Made by a program: the position numbers and the translations under genes. Under the pieces are notes generated by a model. It was not told the DNA's origin. It saw only the letters and a program-made list of their open reading frames with translations, and ran no database searches. From positions 27,032,001 to 27,096,000 of the forward strand of contig OX597821.1 in NCBI GenBank assembly GCA_951406725.2: 64,000 nt of DNA, read 5' to 3'. Position 1 is the first letter of the stretch; each line of letters begins with the position of its first letter. Source of the DNA: Octopus vulgaris. Its lineage: Eukaryota. Positions 44,352 through 58,380 of this stretch are shown here, piece after piece.

Positions 44352-44874
44352 TATATACAGACACACACACACACGCAGATTAAATGTACGAGTTTTAGAA
44401 AGATACCCGTTATTGTTTAGAGTTTACTTTAGCGTGTAAGCCTTTGTAATCAGCTAATTCAGCTCAGAATATGAATTACTATCTTCTCAAAGCAGACACC
44501 ACACGCAATTAAATACAATGAAAACATGGACGCAGACGCACACACTTGCGAAAATATACACTCCTACACGCACAAACAGAGAGTATACACGCACACAGCT
44601 GTATTACACAAACATCAGCATACAAACACATTCCAGTTTTACTGTTGTTCCGTTTTGCTTATTCCGAAAAATCATCACTCAAAGTTGTTGCGTCCACTTC
44701 ATTTATGGCTAGTAGTAGATCTTCGCTAATGTCGATGTAATCCATCGTAACTGCCTCGCTGGTTATAGGTGACACGGCAAAGAAATCCACTGGTTCGTTC
44801 ACATGTCTGTGTTCCAACGGGGTGATAAAGACACTTTTGAACTGGTCATTCATACGTCACTGAACCTGGTTGGA

Positions 44875-46030
44875 CTATCCGTTAGGGAGCCATCCTTTTG
44901 GAGGAGGGTTCGTATTTTGCAGCATACTGAGGCTGTTTGTTTGGCATAATGGACGAAGGCATTTGGGTTTGACTTTATGTTTTTTTTTATAACACGGGCT
45001 TCTTTGTCTGTTTTCTCCCTCACATAGGATTATTGCATGCTTTTCAATCTCTTTCATTGTTGTTTTTAGGCGGGACCATTCACTACTTTTGGAATGTTGG
45101 ATGAAGCGATTTGCAACCGTCGTCCGTCGTCTAATGAAGGTCTTCCCTTTCCGTAGAATATTGTTCCTTTTTGTGTTGGCCTTGTCCTCTGAGACATATT
45201 TCTGGCATATGGCTTTCATAACAGACATGACAAATTCTAGTTTCATGCCAATGTTTGGTGTGGAAAAAACATTTCGGCCTGTCCTGTCTGAAGATCTCTT
45301 TTTGGATCGATTTCCAGTATGCTTTGTGGAAGTTCAGATTGGTGAGATTTTGGGTGCTTCCTTTAGGCTGTATGTCTCTGGCTACTTTTGGTCCATACAT
45401 AGACAACTCTATTATGTTGTGATCGGAAACTAATGTCGGTGTCACTTTCACATCATGAACAATGCCCATATTGTTTGTGAAGTAGAGATCTAAAATATTA
45501 TTCATCTTAGTTGGTCTGAGTAAAACTTGCTCCATGAATAGGGAATTGGTAAGGTTGAGCAGAGACTCCACCAGTGCTTGCTTGCAATATGTCATTCCTG
45601 AGAGCGTCAGACCTTAAGACCATTTGATACTGAGGAAGTTGAATTCACCCATAAGAAATACGCTCACATGGTGTTCCTGTTCCATGAGGAATTCTTTAAT
45701 TCTTGTGAGGAAATCCTCAAACTTGCCTGTGTGGTTTGAGCATCCGGTGAGCGATATGTATTGCATGTGACTATATTGTGCTGTCTTGTGTATGCAATTA
45801 GAGCGTCACATACTGAATTTGAGTGTGACAGTAAGAACATATACATCTTCACAGATGTATATAGCAACTCCACCATAGCTCCTTTCCTTTCTGTCTGTTC
45901 GCAGTATGGTATGTTTTGGTACGTGTAATTCTGCATCTTCTATATCAGGGCTCACACAAGTTTCCACGAGTGCTATGCATAGGGCTTGATTGCATACAGC
46001 AACGTCTCTCAGAAAGAAAATTTTGCTTTT
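44875..46030 (-). mobile_element. CR1/Jockey-group LINE ORF2 AP-endonuclease relic
   Basis: Minus-strand motifs IALVET, YGGVAIY, YRSPD, MGEFN..IKW, RPTKMNNILDLYFTN and SDHNII. Confidence 0.88.
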
Positions 46031-47317
46031 GTTGTTGTGATTTAGTAAAAATATTGGCGTGACAAGTGTTCAGACGTTAGGGGGGGCATCCTATACCTGT
46101 TGATCGTGGAGGTCTCACCCAGTATTGGGCAAGGTTCCTTGTTTACGCTTGATGTAGCCAGGTCAGCTGCCGCACAATCTTTAAAAAGGTAGTATATTAA
46201 GCCGCAGGATCCACTTCTAGTGGTGCTCTTCCGTCAATTCATTTACGTTTCTGTTTTGCAACCATATACCCCTCAGAACCGACTATGGTTTCTCGCGCAA
46301 CTTATAAATGCAACTTTGAAAAGATGCCGTTTTATGAGATGTGGTAACGTAGGTATTCAGAATTTAATATTTTATTTGTCATATCACATATTGAACTGGA
46401 AATATGTTCATCAGAGGTAGTCTAAACTTAATGGTGCTACATCTAGCATTTATAAAATATAAACAGCTTGGAATAGTCTATCTATATATGTATGTGTGTG
46501 TGCGTTTGTGTACGTAAGTGTTTGTGTGTGTGCGTGCGTATGTATGTTTGTATACACACATATAAATTTATATATATGGCAATTAAGAGGAATAATATAT
46601 GTGCCTCTGAAGAAGCGCAATAAATATACTTACTATTAATCACTGTTCTGAGGAGAGAGTGAGTAACCATTACTGAAACTATGTGCGGCAACCAATTTTG
46701 TTACGTAAACGTAATACTCGGTGGCAAGACTAGAAACCTTAGTTTATGAAAGCTTTAATTTGCACTAGAACCATAGAAAGCGATAAGTTTCATAAAATTC
46801 AATTCGACACCATGAGCCCGCGTCTAAAATAAATAATTTAAAGTTTTTATTCTTTGATTTCGAAAAATAAGTGTAATATTATTTGAAAGAATATAGTAGC
46901 TCATGTAATGTTCTGAAAATCATACGCAAGCCACTGAACAAACAGCCACAGCAACTACAACAGTTCTTTAAATTCTCATAAAAAATTGGCTGTCCGACAA
47001 AATTCACTTAACTATGCATTAAACCAGTGACAAGCAAGTATGCTATTTTTTGTTCCTTTTCTGCTCCCCTTCAAATGACTGTGTTAGACTTATCAACTAC
47101 CTGTTAGCTCCAACATCTCGAAGTTTATCCTCAAGTCCGTCATTTGCAGCCATCTTCACACTTCACACATAACTTTCGTATCTTAGTTTTTAGAGTCACA
47201 ATATATACCCAATCATTCCTTGTAGCTACCTTCGATAATTCTCCCACCGTCCAGATTTTTTCCGCCTTATATCAACCCACTGAAATCGAAAGTCAATATC
47301 AACGGCATGAATCTCAA

Positions 47318-47897
47318 CAGCTTGGTTTCTGATTACAAATACCTTGGGTCATACATATCATCATCTGGAAAAGATTTTCTAACTGGAAGGGGTATGGCCT
47401 GGTCAGCCTGTAATGATATGCATAATATCTGGTCATCAAATCTAAGTAGAGACTTCAAACTTAAAATCTTCAAAGTCACAGTCGAACCAATTCTACCGTG
47501 TGGCTCAGAAGCCTGGATGTTGTCAAAGACGCTTGGGTGGCGGTTGGATGGATCCTACACTCGCCCCCTTGTGGGAGCTCAGGGTCTATCGTGGAAGCGT
47601 CATCCAACCAGAATGCAGGTGTATGGAAACTACCACCTGTGTCATCTCTTGTGAAAGGTAGGAGAGTCCAGTTTGCTGGATATTGTTGTAGAGCTGAAAA
47701 CGAGGCAATTTCTACTCTTCTCCTCTGGAAGCCATCTACTCGCAATACCAGAGGGCGCACACTCTCCTACCCTGATGTAAACACCTGGGATACAGTCATC
47801 TAGCAACATGGCCTCTGTAATGCTATGATGGACCGTGAAGACTGGCGTAGCATGGTAAATTACATTGTCTCGACCACGGTCGAACAATGATGATGAT
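47318..47897 (+). mobile_element. 3' end of an RTE-clade LINE (RT C-terminus + (TGA)n tail)
   Basis: YKYLGSYI...AWSACNDMHNIW...VEPILPCGSEAW...RRVQFAGYCCR...AMMDREDWR, then TGATGATGATG. Confidence 0.88.
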
Positions 47898-49413
47898 GGG
47901 TTGGACCATAAACCTGGGGAACTACCTAATCCAACTATTCATCTGGAATATGTTTTCTTACTCTCGCATTACTTTATTAAGTACTAAAACTCTACCATCA
48001 TAATAGCTTATTTTATTAGGTATCTATAGTTTAATTTGCATTAAGTGTAGCGCATTGCAAACCAGCCATACATTTTTTGTGAACGTGTCTACACTTCCTA
48101 TACAATGCTAAATTTTTCTTTTAATCTCAAGATTTTATTATTTGAATATCTCTTGTTTTTATAAGAGTACTATTGATTTCCACATTCTGTATTTCTGTAC
48201 GGAATTCCTTTGCGCATACTACATTTAACATCTTACATTTATTCTTAGCTTAGATTTCTGTTTCTTTCAAATGTTTTCAATTTTGTTAATGAGTATGTGA
48301 CCTTAGACCATATGTCTCTATGAAGCATTCTCCATGATCCTGATAAGATTGTTCCATATGTCCATGTATCTGTGTTAGATTTTCTGTCCGTTGTTGGTCG
48401 CGAAATGATAATAAGGGCCATCATGATTATACTCTCAGAGTTTAGAATCTTTGTGCTATCAAGAACAAACGTGGTAGTATATGTATTTCTTCCCACTGGT
48501 TATAGGGCCTATCTAGCAACTAATTCTAACATATTTTTGCAAACTATTTGGTTCTCAGTCAATTCAAACAAATTCTAGTTCCTAATATTTTTTTAAAGCT
48601 AAGGATACCTCTTTGGTCAATATGATTTGCAATTACTGCTCTGTTATTTTCTGATTTTATTATGTTCCGACGTTATTTTCTGTTGTAGCCAACAATTTTC
48701 TTTCATATCTATCACATGTATATTAATTTTGGGTTAGTGATTCGTTATCTCTATGCATGACTGATTTCATTTTCCCTATTGGATGTTCTAGGAATTCTTT
48801 GAAGCAGGTCGTTTTATTTAACAAAGTATGCGCGCCTGTTAAAACACATTATACATTGTAGCTTCGGTAATATACGTTGTTGTAAACTCCCTTACTCGGG
48901 ATACATATTTCTTCTTTGATTTTGTTATTCTTGTTTTTATATACTTTTAGTTGTCTCTTTGTATTTTGTCTGTGTATTTGACAGAACAGGGTGGGAAATT
49001 CGTCATTCTATCAATTTCGTTATGCGGTGAATTTTTCCAAATCGCAACTTGGATCAGTGAAGGCGTTTACTTGCTTTCATTCGAGTGAGTACGTATTCAT
49101 TTAGTCTTATGACGACGGCCGGCTTGGCTTACAGTCTACGTACAGTGTTAAAGCCAGCGTTAATTCTGAACTTTTTTTGTGTGTGTTGTACTTTGCTTTA
49201 GTGTCCTGAAAAATTTCGTCTAAAATTCTTTTAGATCTAATTCCCGACTTCTGTAAATATTTGGAATTTATGTATACAGAGAATAAAAGATTTCTACTGT
49301 TCCCTTTCTTCTCGAATTTCTTCTTTACGAACATTCCGTTTATGCAATAAAGTCAAAAGTTCGCAATGCATTTAATATTTAAATATTTATTAGTAGATTG
49401 TTGTATATTATTA

Positions 49414-49610
49414 GTTTCAAATTTTCCTAGAAGCACAGTAATTTCAGAGAAGAGTTAAGTCGATTACAGCCCAGCTGGTACATACTTTATCGTCCCCGAA
49501 TGGATAAAAGGCAGGATCGACCTTGGCGCAATTTGAACTAGGATTGTAAAGACGGACTTAATGCTGCTAAGCCTTTTATCCGACGCACTAACGATTTCAC
49601 TAACGATTCC
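49414..49610 (-). mobile_element. Degenerate tRNA-SINE (family of 28917)
   Basis: TTTATCGTCCCCGAATGGATAAAAGGCAGGATCGACCTTGGCGCAATTTGAACT. Confidence 0.75.
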
Positions 49611-51433
49611 ATATGCCTGTATGTTATCAATAATTATGAATCTTTTGCCAGTATATAATCTTTACTGTATCGTTCTACAGTAAATTAAACTTTTTTTCAG
49701 GAATCGAAATAACGATCAAGTAGATACGTCTAACTATTTTTTTCACAATTTCCTAGTCTTAAATATCAAGTGAAAGCTATACTTATAGATTTTGATATTG
49801 CTATAATTACTGGAGTACTTATAACAACAACGAATAATATGATTCTAGAGAAAATTGTAGCTACTACCATCTGGAATATTATTTGGCGGTAGTCCATTTA
49901 GATGCGGAATTAAACTTCAAATAATTATATTTAGAATAATTAATGGCGAGTAATTACAATTTCTTAAATTGAAACTGCAGGAACAATTCAGTACGTTCGT
50001 GCACTATTGCTTATTGAGACAAGTATATTTTTAAAAATTCTGCATGTGCATATGTATTTAATGAAAGGCCAAGATACTTAAATCGCATTAAGTACACATA
50101 GCTCTGGGCAGGTGTGTTGTACTATGTAACTGACTACTATAACCAATGGCAACAGTATACTATTAATGAGAATCACATTGGTATAGGTTGCTGTGAATAG
50201 AGCTACCCGCAACAGAGTAGAGTTGTGGCGGGAGGGAGACTTACGAGTCAACTGCATAACTCCAGGGAAATCTAAAATAAAATCTGTCTCTGCGAACTTT
50301 TATCGGAAGAAAAATAAGTATTCTTCTACAGACATTTATCACTTTAAGTAGAAGCTCGATAAATTATGTTTTATAGGGAGAGTGCCACAAATGTATAACT
50401 TTAAGACAAACTAACAACATCACGACCACGAATTTTCAAGTTTCTGTTTCAATGTATTTCTTCTCTCAGTTTTAATTTACATATATCTTTTGCTACCATT
50501 ATAAATCTTTACATTTAACAATCTTGTTTAAATTTCCTCCATTTATTTAATTTGTTACTTTGCCTTCCCTCAAATCATTGTTCTATGCAATTTTCTTCTT
50601 AGTTGATCTCCTTTCTATTATTTTGTGCAAATAATTTTAACTTTTTTCATTTCATCAATTATATTTCATATTACTGAATAATTTATGTATTTATTCATCT
50701 AATTCCTTCGTTTAATTGACATCTATTTAGTTATTTAATACATTTATCTAATCACATAATCTAATACTTTATAACTTAATCAGCAGCTATTTTTTTTAAA
50801 TAACCCTGCCTGTAATTATTTAAAATTAACCTTCATTCACTTTCAACAATTCTATAAAAAGTTTCATCACTTAAATTAATGCAATTACTTCCGTTGTCCT
50901 TCTTGCTGATTTCTTTAGTAGATTTATTGAAGATATACCCTGTCTTCCATACGTTTTCAGAGATGATATTTCTAATATTACCTTTCCATATTCCCCTATC
51001 TTAAAGTTAAACATGTAAAAACTTTGTTTAGCATCCCTGCACTCAAACGAATTCCTTCTTACCTTATTTTGATTTCGAGTACTCAAAATTTCTCAAGTAA
51101 CAATTTTTCAATACAGACGTCAATTAACAATACTCTTTATTCTAGGAGATCTAATTTATTTATTTATTTATTTATTTTATTCATCTATTCTGGTCTCGTT
51201 GTTATTAGTTTATACTTTACTTGAAATTTTAACAGACATTCAATTAGAGATCTATATCTGGTGTCCGTTCTGCATTTCTAGAAAAGTCACAACATTAAAT
51301 TTCCTATTAAGTCTTCACGAAGAAGAGAATTCAATAGCAAAATGCCGAAATAGAATATAAGAATATTAGACATTAACTTATTGTATTTCTTATGTTTTAC
51401 CTCACTTATATTCCTTTGGCTTTTCAATATATA

Positions 51434-51583
51434 TATTGAGTTGGTGTATAATTATTGCGTCTTTTTTTCACTAATTTTTATTTGACAAAAATAATAATAA
51501 CATGTAACAAAAACATATTTAAATGATTATTCCGGAGCACATTCACCATCTACTTCAATTACTGCTTTCGATTACTGCTTTCA
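51434..51583 (-). mobile_element. Mariner right-end fragment
   Basis: TIR-like TATTGAGTTGGTGTATAATTATTGCG; minus strand encodes AVIEVDGECAPE*. Confidence 0.6.
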
Positions 51584-51712
51584 AACCGTCAACTGACAAG
51601 CAAATCTGTGGTACTGAGCAGAATATTTGCTGTAGCCCATCTTTTATACTATAACAAAACAATGCACAACTTACCAATTCCAATCAGTTAAGATCACAAG
51701 CCGTGAAATTAT

Positions 51713-51960
51713 TATTACCTCCGCCATCGCTAATGCGGAAGTATTGTTTTCAGTGGGTTTTTTTCCCGTGGGCAAGATATCTTAAGAACCGCTGGAAGGA
51801 TTCGGATGAAATTGTCATAGATATTTGGTCTCGTAACTGGCACGAACTGAATAGATTATCGGATCGATCCGGTACCCGGCAAGGATTCTGGATCATTTCT
51901 TATATTTACTATACTTCACATGAAGTATTACGATCTTACGTTCATTTTAAAGTCTTTCTC
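51713..51960 (+). mobile_element. Non-autonomous DNA element, Helentron/HINE- or CryptonV-like
   Basis: TATTACCTCCGCC..GCGGAAGTATTGTTTTC...GATTCGGATGAAATT...GGATCGATCCGG layout; family assigned from memory. Confidence 0.35.
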
Positions 51961-52329
51961 TGATTATCTCCCTTGAAAGCACGCTCATGGTTTCCACATA
52001 AGTTATGGCGGCGTTGCTGTTTCCAAAGTTTTGCTTTCGTTTCACTGTTATTGATTTTACTCGCGTCTCTCTTTTAGTAGAAACTGATGAATAACGAAAT
52101 CAAACTGCATTAACAAACGGCAACAAAACCTTTCAGAAATTCAAATAACATTCTACATATTCAGTGACAGCAATAATTTTATTTGATCCTTTACAATTTT
52201 TAGTTTTACTAATTTTGAATATATCGCTCCTGTTTAAAACCTCTTACCTACTTGACAACTGCATTTCTAGCTCTGCCTCGAAGGAACCTTTACTACTTTG
52301 ACTAACATTTTGCGCGCAACGATGTTGTT

Positions 52330-52435
52330 AAATCTCCGTTAGCAGCGCCGTATGCAGGTCCTTTCCTTTTTGATTCACGCACGGATAAATTTTTCCCTAT
52401 AGACCGTAATGGTCTTAAAGACACTATATCTCCTC
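52330..52435 (+). mobile_element. Gypsy integrase C-terminal (GPY/F) fragment
   Basis: Translates PLAAPYAGPFLFDSRTDKFFPIDRNGLKDTIS. Confidence 0.65.
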
Positions 52436-53165
52436 TATTCGAGAGAGAAATCACGTCTGGAACTTTCTCTAACTGCTCTGGCGTCACGTGGAAAATAACC
52501 TTCTAAGCAGTCCCAACTCAATTCTCTCTCCTCGACTTTTTAACTTCCAGGAGATCCTCACCAACATCTGTACGAATACAAGCGAGAATCCACCATGCGT
52601 TCTGGCCTGGTGGGTCTTTAGATATTGTAATTCATACTGCCTTTCTTCCCATGCACGCTGGAAAGAGGGCGACTTATTCGGTGCGACGCGTAGCCACCGA
52701 ACTCTATATCGCCTCGGTCTTAAAAAGGTCCTCTACTACGCCGTCATGCCTCGCTCTCGCAATTTAATGGATATCCTTTTAAGGCTTTTTACACCTGGTC
52801 GCGTTTAGCGTTTTCGTGTATCCTTGTCTTTGTGCTCACGTACATGTAGACAACTGTCCATTTCGCTATTGCTTGAAGCACGTCGCTTCAAGGCGTCAGT
52901 TCTCCCCTCCTTCCATTCATTTTCAGATAGTTTGCTGCCTTGTTTAGTTTTTCTATTTTGTTCTCCAATGAGATGTTAACCAATTCGTCAGCTGCCGCGA
53001 TATTTGCAAAATTCTTTCCCGCCCCTTACTCCATTTTTTTTACACTCTTCGTAATTGTTGTCAATGTTGTTCGTGCTACTACAATTCCCCTGTAGTGAGG
53101 AAGACTCTACTTCTTCCTCTCGCCTTCTTTTCACCTTTTCATAATCTTTATTCTTACTCTTCAAT

Positions 53166-53250
53166 TCTTCTTCTTCTTCTTCTTCTTCTTCTTCTTCTTC
53201 TTCTTCTTCTTCTTCTTCTTCTTCTTCTTCTTCTTCTTCTTCTTCTTCTT
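53166..53250. repeat. (CTT)n microsatellite
   Basis: Seen directly. Confidence 0.97.
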
Positions 53251-53684
53251 TCTTTCTTTTCTTGCTGCTGTCTTCTACCCATCATGGTGGGAAAGACTGG
53301 GGAGTCCTCGTGCAAATTACCTTAACAGCTTCCTTCCTCATTCCAGCTTTAGGTTGCCATCTGCAAAATTTACGTTCTTCGAAGCAAATTTGGAAGAAAT
53401 TCGAAAAAAAAAAGTTTTGTACCAACCCCACCTCAACACCCCACCCCACCCCACAAACAATGGACAGCTGGCCTGCAAAACGAATTAACCAACAAAATAC
53501 AGTATACAGCCTTTTGAAACAATTGAATTAGTCATAAATTTACAGTGTACCAAAATTTATGGCGACAATAATAATAATTATCATTATCATTATAACAACA
53601 AAAATCATAATAACAATAATATTCAATCATTTAATCAGCGCATGCTCTATATATATGTAGATATGTATCTGTGTGTATGCATTC

Positions 53685-53822
53685 TTTTCTTTCTTTCTTT
53701 CTTTCTTTCTCCTCCTTCTCCTCCTCCTCCTCCTCCTACTACTACTACTACTACTACTACTATTACTACTACTACTGCTACTACTACTACTACTACTACT
53801 GCTGCTGCTGTTGGTGCTGCTG

Positions 53823-53856
<34 letters not shown>

Positions 53857-53882
53857 CATTACTACTACCACCACTACTACTA
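53685..53882. repeat. Compound (CTTT)/(CCT)/(ACT)/(GCT) microsatellite
   Basis: Seen directly. Confidence 0.95.
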
Positions 53883-53884
53883 AT

Positions 53885-54291
53885 GGTTTCGAATTTTGCC
53901 TTAAGGGCAGCAATTTTTGGTGGGCAGGGAATAAGTTGATTACATCGTCCTTAATATTTAACGGGTACTTATTTTATCGACTCCGAAAGGGATGAAAGAT
54001 AAAGTCGACCTCGGCTCGGCGGAATTTGAACTCAGAGAATACCAACGGGCGAAATACCTATTTCTTTATTACCCACAAGGGGCTAAACATAGAGGAGACA
54101 AACATGGATAGACATAGGTATTAAGTCGATTATATCGACCCCAGTGCTTAACTGGTACTTAATTTATCGACCCCGAAAGGATGAAAGGCAAAGTCGACCT
54201 CGGCGGAATTTGAACTCACAACGTAACGGCAGCCGAAATACCGCTAAGCATTTCGCCCGGCGTGCTAACGATTCTGCTAGCTCGCCGCCTT
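53885..54291 (-). mobile_element. Two adjacent tRNA-SINE copies (partial 53885-54036; near-intact 54055-54291)
   Basis: TTTATCGACCCCGAAAGGATGAAAGGCAAAGTCGACCTCGGCGGAATTTGAACTC...CTAACGATTCTGCTAGCTCGCCGCCTT. Confidence 0.9.
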
Positions 54292-56526
54292 AATAATAAT
54301 AATAATAATAGTAATAATAATGATAAGAAGAAGAAAGAAGAAGAAGGAGAATAATAATACACATATAAACAAATACATACATGCACACGCACACGTGCAC
54401 ATACACATATATAGAGGCTGTAACAATTTTTCTATGTAACTCATTAAATATTCATGAATTGTAATTAAATATATATGAGGTTTTAGTGTGTTTCGAGGAT
54501 CACTTATATATTGATTAGTGAAACATGTAAATTATTTCTTCCAGAATATGGGGCCCATGATAATTGCTATTTGGATCTCTTGGAACAATTGACAAAACAG
54601 TGTAGGCCTAAGGTCATTTAATCCCTATTAAGAAGATTTATTACAGCCAAGTTTATTCGACAAATGACACGGCATAATGCATCTAAAAATTGATTACAAT
54701 CATTGTATAGTCATTAAACCCTTGCAAGTTCCCACTATATAATTCTACTGAATGGATAAAGGCTATTCTGCCAAATGGACTGTAATTTCTAAATGATAAT
54801 ATATGTCCCGGTGACATGGAAATTTAACAAAGCAGATTTCTAAAATATCTCATTAAGTGTGATTCACGTTTGGATAGAATTGCTTAAAGAGACAAAGTGA
54901 GTTGAGGGTTATGATAAAAAAAATCTAATATTAGATTAAGTTTTCTATTATTGTCGAAAGAATTTAAAATATATGTATCGGCACCTGAACGAATGCTCCT
55001 TGCAATTTGTAGCCTATTACATTATGTTATCTTTCGAACATTCTGTTGTTACCTGCTTCTCCATCCAACCTACCGTACAATTGAATGGTTTTATAAATCC
55101 TTTAGTTTTCTTTTGCTATATGTATAAAATATACGCATAGGATAGGGTATTGAAATATTCCAAGTATTTCAGAACAAAAGCAAATAAAGAAACGACATTA
55201 TATACATTCAAACAAATACATGCAAACGTGTATAGAAAAGCGTGCGCACAGCTATTAATCGATCGATCCATCGATCGATCCATCAATCCATATATGCACA
55301 CATACACATGCAAACACAATCCGCTCCATGGACATCGATCTCACAAGATTCTGATATCAATTGCCAACAGCGATTGAAACAGTGGTACCCACTATAATTG
55401 ATTCAAACGTATTTACTTACGTATTTATTTACACATGCAAACAAATGAAGTTTATTGCGTCCTATGGATCGCAAGTAAAATCCTCGAGAAGTGTCGTCTC
55501 ATGAGAACGTCGACGAGTATGCGTAGCACACTTCAGAAAAGACCTCTAAAAGAAACACCGTTTGCCACAAACATTTATACATCGGTTTATTTCGCACAAA
55601 TGTGAGGAGGATGGTAATATTAACACAAAGAGTAGCTTCACGTTGAACAGCGACTGTCACGTTCAGTTACATGTTTTGGCTTACGCATTAGCAAATCAAG
55701 AGCAGAATATAACGGTAAAATATCTAATGAACGAAGGAGAGAGTTAAGGCATTAAACTCCCAAGAGTCAATGGTAAAAGTCGACGTAGCATGTGTCTCAA
55801 ATTGCCATTACATTGTTGTATGTTGCTGTCAATGGAAAAGATTACTCTAAGATAAATGCATAAAAAAACAAAAAAATACAATGCATTTGCCGTTGTATGT
55901 GTACATATCAACATAAGTAATATTGATAGAGTATTCTCCTGAAAACCTTTGTCATGTGCAAATATAGTTATTTGGGATTGAAAAAGGGAATAATGTATAA
56001 CCATGCAGATTCATGCCACACAGATGTGAATCACTCTTTCAAAATTAGTGAGAAGAATACTTATAGACAAGTACTTCAAAATCTGTTGTAACATTAGCTT
56101 AATTATAAATTAGCATTCATGCCAATAAAGTTTTGGTGCAATTAGTTATCTTAGTAAATATCTAAAAGACAAACTTCAAAGGTCAGTATTTTCGGGCAAA
56201 AATAAGTCAGTATTTTTGGCTATCACGCAAAAATAAAGTAGATTTTCACTTGAACTTTTGCTTGACCTGGTTTTGAATGCAGAATTTGTACAGAAAGAAT
56301 TGTAACTGAAAATTAAAAATGTGTTTACGTCTCGTTGTCTTTTTGTTTGGATTATATTTTACTCTTCTGTAAACCCACAAAACGGTTTTACCATCGCGAA
56401 ACCAGGATTTTCTACACCTGAAGTAATTCCGCATTGACCTAGAATCCGACAGCGTTGACAGCCCGGGGCTCGGATTGAGTGCTTCTATGGGAAAGTTACT
56501 ATCCTTCTATTCAACCAGGGTCTTTA

Positions 56527-56608
<82 letters not shown>

Positions 56609-56724
56609 AAGTGATGTACATATATTGTAAATTTGGAATAGTAATGTAGTGAGAATGTTGGATGATTTTATATTTTTTATCTACACTTTTAGCGCTTTCT
56701 TCCCTTATCAGATTTATCAAAAAG

Positions 56725-58282
56725 TGGTTTAAAGTTAGATTTCTTGGCCTTTTTATTTATAACATTTGTGTGGATGTTTTCCAAACCAGGTCGAATACAG
56801 AAGTACATTTTTTTTAAGAAGGAGAGGGAGGTAAAGAGGCGTGGCTTTTGTATTGGTATGGTCAGACTTGTTTGTATAGTACATACTAGTCTTTTAAGGT
56901 GAGGAGGGGAAAATAATTGTTCATTTGAATTGATCAAGCTTCTAAGAGAACAACTAGATGTTGCTTTTGACTTTCTTCAGTAAAAATTATAATTGCATTT
57001 CCAGCTCTTTTTCTTTTGTATTCGTTAAAGAATAGTTGCACGGATATGGTCAACTTTTAGATTGAAATTCTAGATGATCTCGAAAGATTAATTTTGTAGT
57101 TCACTGTACACTCACGCATCAATTATATATATATACGCACACGCACATACTCACACACCCACACCCACACACTAACATATACACACCACACATACACACG
57201 ATTGAAAAAAAAATAATTAAGATAGTTAAAACTTCATCTCTGCGGTTAAATAAATTTGGAAAGTTTTGGTCATTTTAGCCACTGATCTAGATTTTCGTCC
57301 AAGTATTTGTCCTTCAGACTGAAAAATGGAATTTTAAAAAAGGAATACACAACGCTATCAATTATATTTCCAAATTTATCTATTTCTGGTTCGCTGTTTT
57401 GGGTCGACCCAAACTTCCAAAAAGCAATGGAGCTACACTTCATAAAGAAGTTCTCATCAAAATTAAGTGCTTGAAAAAAGGAAATGTGTGAAGGAAAGTT
57501 TAAAGTTCGGAAAGATAATGGAACTATACTTCACAAAAAAAGCCGTCAACAAGAATTAAGATAAATATATATTTTTTGATATTCCGCCTATGAAATTTCT
57601 ATATCATTTTGAATGAATATATGTTTAAGATGATCTCAAACCATTTCTAAAACCTTTATACCACATTGTTGATGGACCTTGCAAAACATGCTAGATTCCG
57701 AAATTCTATAACAATAGCTGCTTTCCAACTTGCCTCTCTTTCACCTTTAGAAAATTCTAGGTTGGAGCTTCAAAATATATTCAAAACAAAACAGCCAACC
57801 AGCAATAGAAGAATTTGGAAGTATAATTGTGACAGCATTCTGTATTGCTTTATTAAAATTCCATTTTCCAGTCTGAAGGACAAATACTCGGACGAAAATC
57901 TAGAGTATAGGGTAAAATGACTACAACTTTGCAAATTTATTTAACCAGAGAGATTAATCTTTAATTATTTTAAGTAATTATTAACAAAAATATTCAAAAT
58001 GCTTATTTGTGTATGTGTGATGTGTGCATGTGTATAAGTCGACCAAATCCAATACAGTTATTCTTTAATGAATACAATCGAACAAGGCCTGGAAATGCAA
58101 TTATAATTTTTACTGAAGAAAGTCGAAAACAATGTCTCGTTTTTCAATCTTTCACCATCTTAAAAGGCCACTAAATGCTAAGCAACCATTTCTGACCATA
58201 CCAACACAAAACACTCTTTAACTCACCCTTCTTCTCAAAAATGTGTTTCTTCTTTCTTCCCCCTTGCTTGGCAAACCCCACG

Positions 58283-58354
<72 letters not shown>

Positions 58355-58380
58355 TAAGGACAAGAGTATGTGAAACATTT
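56725..58380. repeat. Large fold-back inverted repeat (arms ~56725-57401 and ~57787-58380)
   Basis: CTAGATTTTCGTCCAAGTATTTGTCCTTCAGACTG vs CAGTCTGAAGGACAAATACTCGGACGAAAATCTAG; CTTTCTTCAGTAAAAATTATAATTGCATTTCCAG vs CTGGAAATGCAATTATAATTTTTACTGAAGAAAG; TTGGTATGGTCAGA vs TCTGACCATACCAA. Confidence 0.9.

Noticed and set aside
48245-48800. Coding-like minus-strand block with HDGPYY
   Set aside because: No coherent domain recognised.
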